A stretch of DNA of 64,000 nt from IMG/VR virus record IMGVR_UViG_3300019378_000009, positions 45,429 through 109,428 of that record; one strand, 5' to 3'. Positions 39,016-47,175 of the stretch are shown here, one piece after another. The notes below the pieces were generated by a model that saw nothing but the letters and a program-made list of their open reading frames with translations, ran no database searches and was not told the origin of the DNA. Positions within the stretch are counted from its first letter, which is position 1; each line of letters opens with the position of its first letter. A program made the position numbers and the translations under genes. The DNA comes from a virus (taxonomy: Duplodnaviria; Caudoviricetes).

Positions 39016-39255
39016 ATGACAATTAAAGAGTTGCCACTTATTTATAATGTTGATAAGGTTGTAGTGTATAATAAAAGAGGTCTTGTATCTTCCTTTTGGA
39101 GAAACTCACAATTTAGTCTTGCCGAGCAAGTCGAATATAACCGCACACAGTTAATCGGTGCAGAAAATGTTCTTAATGAAAAAATTGAGTCAATGAGTAT
39201 TGGTGTATCGGGTATTGCCGACAATGTGATAACTTTAGAAATTTATTTAAAATAA
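39016..39255 (+). CDS. Hypothetical early protein
   Basis: Own promoter and RBS. Confidence 0.75.
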   Translation: MTIKELPLIYNVDKVVVYNKRGLVSSFWRNSQFSLAEQVEYNRTQLIGAENVLNEKIESMSIGVSGIADNVITLEIYLK

Positions 39256-39327
39256 ATTTTCCAAAACCCCTTGACAAATCGGTTTGTTTGTGATATAATA
39301 TAGGTGTAAGAAAGAGAGGTAACAACT

Positions 39328-39576
39328 ATGATTTCAAGAAAAGAAGCCGAAAGAACTACTGATGCATACTACGAGGTTGAAAGAGTACTTGGAGAGGTTG
39401 ACGATATGATGCTCACCAAAGAAGAAATCTATGCAAGATTTCCGTGTGATTGCGATGGAGTGCCATACATCACCATCTCCGCTTTTGAAAATGCTCTCCG
39501 CAACCTAATGCATATGCGACACATAGACAGTGTATGCGTAAGGGGTGTTCGCCACTACGGAGCCGTCAGAAGATGA
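39328..39576 (+). CDS. Small winged-helix-like protein
   Basis: LTKEEIY...ISAFENALRNL...I....VRGVRHY pattern; own promoter. Confidence 0.5.
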   Translation: MISRKEAERTTDAYYEVERVLGEVDDMMLTKEEIYARFPCDCDGVPYITISAFENALRNLMHMRHIDSVCVRGVRHYGAVRR

Positions 39577-39713
39577 CGGCTTGGCGGCCCGGGCGCTTTG
39601 TGCACTTTGTACACTTTTCCCCGAAAAATTAGTGCATTTTTGTGCAACTTGCCATATTGACAAATGCGGAAAAATGTGATATAATTATAGTACCAAAGGA
39701 AAGAGAGGAACAT

Positions 39714-40166
39714 ATGATGCTTGGAAACACCATTCTTGCACTCAACGACATCAAGGAACTTGAAGTCAAAATCTCCGACACCAAGAACGGAGAATGTATC
39801 CACCAAACCCAACGAAACGGCATAGGTGCGAAACTCCGTGAAGCACTTGCCAACGATTTCTTGCAGATTTTTCCCTACTCGGAAAATGCAGAGGACATCG
39901 TGGCTTATGTAACGGACGACGGGCTTGTGCTTGAAATTCCCAACCAAAGCGTCAAAGACGGCATTTCCAATGTGAACGGCAGTGGCGCAATCACTGTGGA
40001 ACTCGGCTTTACGGTTAAGAACTTGGAATACAATGCACAAGACGAAAGCGAAAGCCACAAGGTCAAGGTTGCCGAAAAAGAAGCCAAAGCAAAGGAACTT
40101 GCCGAAAAGAAGGCAAAGAAAATTGCGAAAGACAATGCGGCTCGCAAGAAGGCAAAGGGAGAGTAA
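39714..40166 (+). CDS. Hypothetical early protein, family A copy 1 (Lys/Ala-rich tail)
   Basis: Paralogue of 43279-43752 and 47772-48266. Confidence 0.85.
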   Translation: MMLGNTILALNDIKELEVKISDTKNGECIHQTQRNGIGAKLREALANDFLQIFPYSENAEDIVAYVTDDGLVLEIPNQSVKDGISNVNGSGAITVELGFTVKNLEYNAQDESESHKVKVAEKEAKAKELAEKKAKKIAKDNAARKKAKGE

Positions 40167-40306
40167 TCTCCCTCGCCAAGCCGACCAAATGTAAAGTTTG
40201 GTTGGCGCGGCGCCCGGGCCGTTCATAATTTATTTACAATTTAGGTATTGACAAGTCAGTTATTTTATGATATAATATATACATCAAGAGAAAGAAGGAT
40301 AATAAT

Positions 40307-40555
40307 ATGAAATTTCAGCAAATCAGTAGAAGCAAAAGACACGCCAAATTTTATGACGCTTGCACAGGGGAAATCTTTTTCGCAAAAGGTTTCACTTATA
40401 TGAAAACCGATGATAATGATATGGTTAATGCCGTTCAATTAGACGGTATTGAGAGGGGAGAATTAACATTCTTTGAAGAAGGTGAAGATATTGACATTCT
40501 CAAAAGCGAAGTCGTTATCAACTACGAAGCAAACGAGGTGTTGTCGTGGATTTAA
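40307..40555 (+). CDS. Hypothetical early protein
   Basis: Own promoter and RBS. Confidence 0.75.
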   Translation: MKFQQISRSKRHAKFYDACTGEIFFAKGFTYMKTDDNDMVNAVQLDGIERGELTFFEEGEDIDILKSEVVINYEANEVLSWI

Positions 40556-40677
40556 CGGAATGCCAACTTTTGTTGGCACGCCCGGGCGGACGTTCACAAA
40601 TTGTTTACAATTTGGATATTGACAAATCGTTTTATTTGTGATATAATATATACACAAGGAAAAAGGAGATAAACAAA

Positions 40678-40980
40678 ATGAAAGTAAATCTTATGGTAAA
40701 TTGGGAAGAAAAGGAAATTCTCACTGTCCAGGAACTTGACGAACGCATTGATGCGAGAGTTGACAAGGTGATGCTGGACGCCGATGCTTATGACGAGCAT
40801 CTTGATGACTATATTGACTGTAACTATACCAAGAGAGAACTCTTTGATGCTTTGTCTGGTAGCGATGCAGAGAGAGAAAGGGTACTTTCCGACATTCGTT
40901 CAGGAGTTGGCGAGAGCATTTACGATTGGGTGAATATGGATATCAGTGGCAATTTCCACGATGTAACCATAGAGGTCTAA
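40678..40980 (+). CDS. Small acidic protein
   Basis: Own promoter, AGGAG RBS, Asp/Glu-rich. Confidence 0.8.
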   Translation: MKVNLMVNWEEKEILTVQELDERIDARVDKVMLDADAYDEHLDDYIDCNYTKRELFDALSGSDAERERVLSDIRSGVGESIYDWVNMDISGNFHDVTIEV

Positions 40981-41175
40981 CAAACAAGGCGCGAACTCAA
41001 AAAGTTGGGTTCGCGCTTTCTACATAAAATAGATTGTTAAATATTTAACAAGGGCGTGCCCGGGCGGTTCATCGTTTTGCACAAAATGAAGTGTCAAACA
41101 AATAAAAACTTTGTGCAATATTACTACTTGACTTTCTCATTATTTTATGGTATAATTAGTATGTAAGAAAGAGAG

Positions 41176-41460
41176 GTGATTGTTATATTACTTGCAACAA
41201 TGTGGAACTCAATCAAAGATATATTTCAACCGATATACTGTAAGACTTGTAAGTCAAAGCATTACGCGACAATCGGTTTCATATGGCACTTATGGAGAAA
41301 ACACGGTATCAAAATCACAAGGCGAGATTTTAAGTTTTTGGCAAAGTATAACTTAATAACAAGGTTAGTTGTCGGTGTGTTGTGTGCCGTGTTCTTTGTT
41401 CCATTGCTCGTGTTAAAGTTTATCTTGCTTCCGTTGTATTACTTATACAAAATTTTATAA
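41176..41460 (+). CDS. Putative membrane protein with C2H2-like motif
   Basis: CKTC...HLWRKH followed by a hydrophobic C-terminal helix; start uncertain. Confidence 0.6.
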   Translation: MIVILLATMWNSIKDIFQPIYCKTCKSKHYATIGFIWHLWRKHGIKITRRDFKFLAKYNLITRLVVGVLCAVFFVPLLVLKFILLPLYYLYKIL

Positions 41461-41473
41461 AGGAGAATAAAAA

Positions 41474-41686
41474 ATGATTACAGTAGAAGTTACCGCAGAA
41501 GTCTTATATACTTGCGAACTCACCGCAGAGGACGAAGAAAAGGTAAAGGCATTTGCCGAAGAAAATGATGTTGAGTTGGCGGTTGCCGTTGGGGAACTCT
41601 ATTCAGTAGGAGAAATCAATTTATACAAAAATTCCGTTGAAAGCGATTTCAGTACCGAAAGAATTGATGACGCATACGAAGAGTGA
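41474..41686 (+). CDS. Small acidic protein
   Basis: AAGGAG RBS, Glu-rich. Confidence 0.75.
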   Translation: MITVEVTAEVLYTCELTAEDEEKVKAFAEENDVELAVAVGELYSVGEINLYKNSVESDFSTERIDDAYEE

Positions 41687-41838
41687 GTTAGCATATGCTA
41701 ACTCGCCCGGGCGCATTGTGCATACTGCACAACATATAAGGCGCGGATTGTAAAAAGTTTGTGTATATTGCCATATTGACTTTTGGTTTATTATATGATA
41801 TAATAAGAATGTAAAAAGGAAGAAACGAGGTAAACAAA

Positions 41839-42336
41839 ATGAATTGGTTTGAATTTTCTTTGAGCGGTTTCCTTGCCGTATTTATCGTGCTTAATATTGT
41901 CAATGTAATTATCCAAACTGTCAAGTCTATTGCTACTATCAAGTGCAGTGCTTGGGCGGCAGCAGGTGTTAATGCACTTGCCTATGGTTTATATACCATC
42001 GTGGTGGTATATATGAACGCAGACGGACTTGGTCTGTTTTGGAAAGCAATAATTATAGGTGTTGCCAACTTGCTCGGTGTGTATGTTGTCAAAGTTATTG
42101 AGCAGAAGAAAAGAAAAGATAAACTTTGGAAAGTTGAAGCAACCGTTGACCGCACCTCTATTACTCGCTTGGATAATAACCTTGACGAAGCACACATACC
42201 CCATAACTATGTAGTTGCAGGCAAATACGGAATTTTTAATTGCTACTGTGCAACCCAAAAGGAAAGCCTTGTAGTAAAAGAAATTTTGGATATGTATGGT
42301 GCAAAATATTTTGCAAGTGAGAGTAAACCCCTCTAA
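41839..42336 (+). CDS. Membrane protein resembling DUF2179/DUF5698 (UPF0316-like)
   Basis: Three hydrophobic helices (NVIIQTVKSI, NLLGVY) plus a small soluble C-terminal domain. Confidence 0.55.
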   Translation: MNWFEFSLSGFLAVFIVLNIVNVIIQTVKSIATIKCSAWAAAGVNALAYGLYTIVVVYMNADGLGLFWKAIIIGVANLLGVYVVKVIEQKKRKDKLWKVEATVDRTSITRLDNNLDEAHIPHNYVVAGKYGIFNCYCATQKESLVVKEILDMYGAKYFASESKPL

Positions 42337-42480
42337 ACGAGGGGCTAGCGCCCGGGCGGTTCGTCATTTTGCACAATAAACAAATAAGAAATTAAAAAAT
42401 GTTTGTGCAATATGCCATATTGACTTTTCCATTTGTTTGTGATATAATATATATGTAAGTGAAAGAAAGGAACCACTCCA

Positions 42481-43122
42481 ATGATAGTAATTATGTTTGA
42501 CACCGAAACCACCAACGAAATTGATTGCCCTTTTTGTTACGATTTTGGCTTCTCCGTCCTCGACACCGACAAGCAAAAAATTCTTGAAAAGCACTCCTAT
42601 GTTGTAGCAGATATTTTTTGCGACAAATCGCTTATGGCTTCCGCCTATTTTGCAGATAAGATACCGCAATATTGGGAAGATATTAAAAGCGGAAAAAGAA
42701 TGCTCCGCAAATGGTCAACCATTAAAGCAATAGTCAGAGAGGTAATGGCACAATATAACATTGATACCGTAATTGCCCATAATGCTCGCTTTGACTACTG
42801 TTCAACCGCCACTACGCAAAGATACCTCACCTACTCTAAATACAGATACTTTTTCCCTTATGGCACGAAATTTGTTTGCACTCTCAAAATGTCAAGAGAG
42901 GTATTTGGTAAAGACGAAAATTATATTGCTTTTTGCGAAGAAAATAATTACCTCACCACCTATAACAAACCTCGCTTTACTGCCGAAATAATTTACCGCT
43001 TTCTCACCAACAACACCGATTTTGTTGAAAGCCATACGGGGCTTGAAGATGTGGAAATTGAAACGGAAATTTATCTTGAATGTATAAAGAGAATGCCCTC
43101 GGTTGACGGACTGCTTTGGTAA
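42481..43122 (+). CDS. DEDDh 3'-5' exonuclease
   Basis: FDTETT, AHNARFD and ESHTGLEDV motifs. Confidence 0.88.
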   Translation: MIVIMFDTETTNEIDCPFCYDFGFSVLDTDKQKILEKHSYVVADIFCDKSLMASAYFADKIPQYWEDIKSGKRMLRKWSTIKAIVREVMAQYNIDTVIAHNARFDYCSTATTQRYLTYSKYRYFFPYGTKFVCTLKMSREVFGKDENYIAFCEENNYLTTYNKPRFTAEIIYRFLTNNTDFVESHTGLEDVEIETEIYLECIKRMPSVDGLLW

Positions 43123-43278
43123 GTGGTCCGCCAATGGCGGACAGCGCCCGGGCGTTTGTGCACCTTGCACAAAAACACCGCCCAAAACTTACAAAAATTT
43201 GTGCAATATGCCATATTGACTTTTACCCAATTATGTGGTATAATAAGTATGTAAGAAAGAGAAAGAGAGGTAACAACT

Positions 43279-43752
43279 ATGCCCAACTTTATTAACACCA
43301 ACACCGCCCTCAATGCCCTTAAAGGTACTACCGTTAAGGTAAGTCAGACCAAGAATGGCGAGGCTATCCACCAGACTATGCGAAATAAAATCGGTGCGGT
43401 ACTGCGTGAGGCTCTTTTTGCAGACCTTAAAGAGATTTTCCCCACCTCTACCAACCCCGAAGATATCGTAGCATACCTCACCGCAGACGGAATTATTCTC
43501 GAGATTCCTAACGAGAGTGTAAAAGACACTATCACCAATGTAAACGGTAGCGGTGCAATAAGCCTTGAAATCGGCTTTACTGTTAAAAATCTTGAATACA
43601 ACGCACAGGACAGTGCAGAGGCATACGAGGTAGACAGAGCCGAAAAAGAGGCGAAAGCCAAAGCCAAAGAAGAGGCAAAGGCGAAGAAAATCGCCAAAGA
43701 CGAGGCAGACCGCAAAGCCAAAGCCAAAGCAAAGGCGGAAAAGGGGGCATAG
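43279..43752 (+). CDS. Hypothetical early protein, family A copy 2
   Basis: Shares HQT.RN, LEIPN.SV and GSGAI..E.GFTVKNLEYNA with the other copies. Confidence 0.85.
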   Translation: MPNFINTNTALNALKGTTVKVSQTKNGEAIHQTMRNKIGAVLREALFADLKEIFPTSTNPEDIVAYLTADGIILEIPNESVKDTITNVNGSGAISLEIGFTVKNLEYNAQDSAEAYEVDRAEKEAKAKAKEEAKAKKIAKDEADRKAKAKAKAEKGA

Positions 43753-43905
43753 TCCCTCTTTTCTTTTGCGGAAGATTGTTAAAAATTTAACAAGCCGGCC
43801 CGGGCCGCGTTCATAAAAAATTCATAAATAAATTTTGAAAAAACTATTGACAAATTGACTTGTTTATGATATAATATATACACAAAGGAAAAGGGAGAAA
43901 AGAAA

Positions 43906-44223
43906 ATGATTGAAAAAGAATTTGACTTAACCACTCTCACAGATGAAGAACTTGCCGATTTTCATACGGCATGGGTAAACGAAGCAAAACGAAGAGATAA
44001 ACAACGCAGACGAAATGCCGCATTGCTCTTATACGAGGCGGTAGGTCAATTCATTGACACTATGGCGCACTATGACTTTGTAAAGTTGGTATCAATGGAG
44101 TTTGTCAATGAAGAGGGCGAGGATTGTGAGTTTGATATCAATGTTTTCGGTGAAGAGGTACTTACCAACATTCGTGAAACTTTGCGGTTAGAGATAGGTC
44201 AGTATAGCGGAGAGGACGAGTAA
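43906..44223 (+). CDS. Small acidic protein
   Basis: Own promoter and RBS. Confidence 0.75.
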   Translation: MIEKEFDLTTLTDEELADFHTAWVNEAKRRDKQRRRNAALLLYEAVGQFIDTMAHYDFVKLVSMEFVNEEGEDCEFDINVFGEEVLTNIRETLRLEIGQYSGEDE

Positions 44224-44390
44224 TCGTCCTTTTCGGCATTTAATTTGTGGCAAAAGTTCTGCCCGGGCATTCGTCATTTTGCACAAAAATCAGTTCGCGC
44301 GGTGTGAAAAGTTTGTGCATTTTGACTATTGACTTTTTACTGATTATGTGGTATAATATGTATGTAAGTAAGAGAGAGGAGAACATCAAA

Positions 44391-44546
44391 ATGACTTGCC
44401 ATTATACCGTCAAAGACCTTATTGAATATCTTGAAACCTTACCCAAAGATACCGAACTTAAAATTGAGAGAGCAAGCGGCAATCTCACGGACGGCTTCGA
44501 CCTTGAATACGAGGACGGCAACCTTATCCTCTGCAATGCTTATTAA
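44391..44546 (+). CDS. Small hypothetical protein
   Basis: TVKDLIEYLETLPKD, a common small phage protein start; GAGGAG RBS. Confidence 0.7.
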   Translation: MTCHYTVKDLIEYLETLPKDTELKIERASGNLTDGFDLEYEDGNLILCNAY

Positions 44547-44562
44547 AGAAGGGAGAACGAAA

Positions 44563-44766
44563 ATGATGTATGTATATCTTGTTTATGAAGAGTGCCACGG
44601 TTTGGTAATGGTCTGTGGCTCTGAAATGGGAGCAATCAACAAGGTTAATAGCCTCGCCCCTAACTATGGCATTGACCCCGAAACAACACCGCTTGACTAT
44701 AACTCCCATCACCATTATGGTTGGGAAGGTGCGGTATATTTTGTGAAAGAGGTGGTATTTGACTAA
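44563..44766 (+). CDS. Small hypothetical protein
   Basis: GGGAG RBS; coupled to the next ORF. Confidence 0.7.
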   Translation: MMYVYLVYEECHGLVMVCGSEMGAINKVNSLAPNYGIDPETTPLDYNSHHHYGWEGAVYFVKEVVFD

Positions 44767-45005
44767 TGATAGTAACAAAATATGAACATCTAATAGACGG
44801 CTCTGAATATGACGAAGAAGATGTCAGAGATGTCGCGGCGGAACATATCACGTGGGATAACTTGAACGAGGCGTTAGACGATTTTGATTTTCATTGGTTG
44901 TGGCAACATTTAACCCAAGAGGGACAAATGGAACTATATGACAAAGCAATTGAAACCTACCAAGAAGAATATTTTTCCGCCATTGAAGTAGAAGAGGACG
45001 AGTAA
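44766..45005 (+). CDS. Small highly acidic protein
   Basis: TAATG coupling; Asp/Glu-rich; terminator follows. Confidence 0.75.
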   Translation: MIVTKYEHLIDGSEYDEEDVRDVAAEHITWDNLNEALDDFDFHWLWQHLTQEGQMELYDKAIETYQEEYFSAIEVEEDE

Positions 45006-45493
45006 ATCGTCCTTTTTCTTTTATCAAAATACAAAAGATAATCCATGGCAGAAATCGTGCCCGGGCTAACATGCGCCCGGGCCGCAAATTTGAACAAATC
45101 AAGTCTATTTTATTAACAAATTGTAAACTTTTCAATCAGAAGCAACACCTCCCTTCCACAGCTGTACACCGGATATCCCATTACCGTTACATGCCTCCCG
45201 AGTAATAAACCACCGGTAATAAGCAGCTATAAGCAGCAGCAGCACCACCTGTCCTTTGCCCATAAGCAGCAGCACAAATTTGACATAATTATTCAAATCC
45301 ACGAAAAAGCAGCTACAAGAAGCTGCAAAAATTTGAATTTTTATACGATTTATGATATAATATTTATAGAAAAAGAGGAAAAACAAGAAAAAATTACAAG
45401 CATTTCTGGAATATTTACGCATCGCCGCAGTAGGTGATAAAATAATGAATATGTAGATCTGGATATAATTATTACGAAAGGGGAAGCAAGAGA

Positions 45494-45739
45494 GTGAAAA
45501 ATCTGAAAGAGTGGTTTGAAGAGCAGAGTCTATGGATATGCATACTAGGCATTGTAATCTGTCTAATAGTTTTAGCAGGTTGCATCTTTGGTTGCGCAGC
45601 TGTTTTTATGCTGTTGTGGAACTATGCAATAGTTGCAGCGCTGACTATAGCTATGCCTATTGGTTACTGGCACGCAGTGTGTATGGTAATTATACCGGCG
45701 TTCATATGTTTGCCTGTTGTACGTAAAAATATAAAATAA
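45494..45739 (+). CDS. Small membrane protein
   Basis: Almost entirely hydrophobic; LLWNY...IGYWHA; terminator at 45755-45783. Confidence 0.65.
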   Translation: MKNLKEWFEEQSLWICILGIVICLIVLAGCIFGCAAVFMLLWNYAIVAALTIAMPIGYWHAVCMVIIPAFICLPVVRKNIK

Positions 45740-46234
45740 GCAGTAGCAGCAGCAAGAGAGGGCTAGTTCCCTCTCTTTTTTTTGTTGCGGCGACGGGCGT
45801 AAATTTGATTTTATTTGTCAAAAGCAGGAGCAGCAGAAAAACAGGCCCACACGTTTTCTTGCTTTTCGCCGCAAACTGTGATATAATATTAGTACAGAAG
45901 CAGGAAAACAAGAGAGAAGAAATTGCTACCAAATTGCATGCGGAAAATTTTTGTTGGATACTTGTTCAGAACAGAGAATTTCCATCATAAATTGCCGTTA
46001 TTTTGGTGATTTTTTGGACGCTTTTTAAAGGTTATGGCTTCTCTTTTTCCAACCTGTTGTTTGCGGGCAAGGATGCTCTGGCGCAAAATTGACTTTAAAA
46101 TTCAAATTTGTGCTCGACAGCATTTTTCGCCGCAAACAATCTACACAAAGCCAAAAATACATTCAGCCGCACATTTGCTTTTTCCCGCAATCTATGATAT
46201 AATTATTATAGAAAAGAGGAAAGGAAAAAGAATA

Positions 46235-46585
46235 ATGAAAACTATCTACGAAACCCTTGACGGCAAGGTGTTCCGCGATGCACACGAAGCAGAAATACAC
46301 GAGAATGAGGTTCTGTCTTGCGTGAATATGTGGAGCTGGGAAAAGGAGCGTACTACCGACACCTCTGAGGCTCGTGTAGTGCATCTTGTAGGTGATGGCG
46401 CAGGTGCCTATTTCAAGGCTATGATGCGTACTAACCCCGACGAAAATTGGGATGACCACGACTTTGACAGCTGGTTTGATGATGAAGACACCGGCTGGTT
46501 CTATTGGGACGAGTATGCGGAAACTTACCGCTACATCGACTCCGAAGTTGTTGACTTGCTCATTCGCGCAAATCACGAAATTTAA
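46235..46585 (+). CDS. Acidic hypothetical protein
   Basis: Promoter and RBS; YETLDGKVF...EAEIHE start seen in phage proteins. Confidence 0.75.
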   Translation: MKTIYETLDGKVFRDAHEAEIHENEVLSCVNMWSWEKERTTDTSEARVVHLVGDGAGAYFKAMMRTNPDENWDDHDFDSWFDDEDTGWFYWDEYAETYRYIDSEVVDLLIRANHEI

Positions 46586-46725
46586 AAATGCGACCAATCG
46601 CAAACTTGCTTTTTCACAAAATTTATGCTATAATATATATGTAAGAAAGAGAAAAGCAAACTTACTTTGTTCATTAAAAAATTATATAGGCGCCGACTGC
46701 CAAGTGTCGGAGAAAGAGGTATCTT

Positions 46726-47076
46726 ATGACTACTATTCAATTCACCAACGAGAAGGGCAATGTATCCGCAAAGGCAAGAAAGCACATTAAGGATTCGGTC
46801 ATTGCGAAGATCGCTCAGGCTTTCGAGGTGGCTGGTCTTGAGTCCGTAGTAAATGCAGATGGTGGTCTCTCCATCGCAGTAGCACAGGACGCAGGAACCG
46901 GTAAGACCATTTTCACTCACCTTGCGTTCACTGTATCTGACCGCGATCCTGCTGTAAAGACTGCAAAGTCTAAGAAGAAGACTAAGGCACCTACCGCAGA
47001 GGTAGAGCTTCCTGATATCTTTGCTGAGATTGAGGCAAATGACGAGACCGTAACTGGTTCCACCATCGAGGACTAA
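46726..47076 (+). CDS. Hypothetical early protein, family B copy 2
   Basis: Paralogue of 38541-38870. Confidence 0.85.
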   Translation: MTTIQFTNEKGNVSAKARKHIKDSVIAKIAQAFEVAGLESVVNADGGLSIAVAQDAGTGKTIFTHLAFTVSDRDPAVKTAKSKKKTKAPTAEVELPDIFAEIEANDETVTGSTIED

Positions 47077-47175
47077 GAGTCCTTTCTTCCCCAGTAGCGA
47101 GAGGGACATTAGTGTCCCTCTCTTCTTATATTCCACTACATCACACATTTTAATTAAAGAAAGGACAAACTACCT

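Larger units (their letters stand above)
35436..44356 (+). promoter_or_regulatory. Series of near-consensus sigma-A early promoters (TTGACA/TTGACT-17 nt-TGnTATAAT), about one per cassette
   Basis: Example -35 positions: 35436, 36020, 36139, 36612, 36947, 38183, 38312, 38453; most are followed by a purine-rich RBS. Confidence 0.9.
35245..45082. repeat. Dispersed intergenic GCCCGGGC palindromes delimiting gene cassettes
   Basis: Exact copies start at 36569, 36867, 37502, 38114, 38911, 39587, 40212, 40580, 41058, 41705, 42350, 43146, 43798, 44261, 45059 and 45075; near copies at 35245, 35318 and ~35939. Confidence 0.95.

Noticed and set aside
35245-45082. CRISPR array interpretation of the GCCCGGGC repeats
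   Set aside because: The repeat is only 8 bp, spacing is irregular (mostly hundreds of bp) and contains whole genes, and no cas genes are visible.
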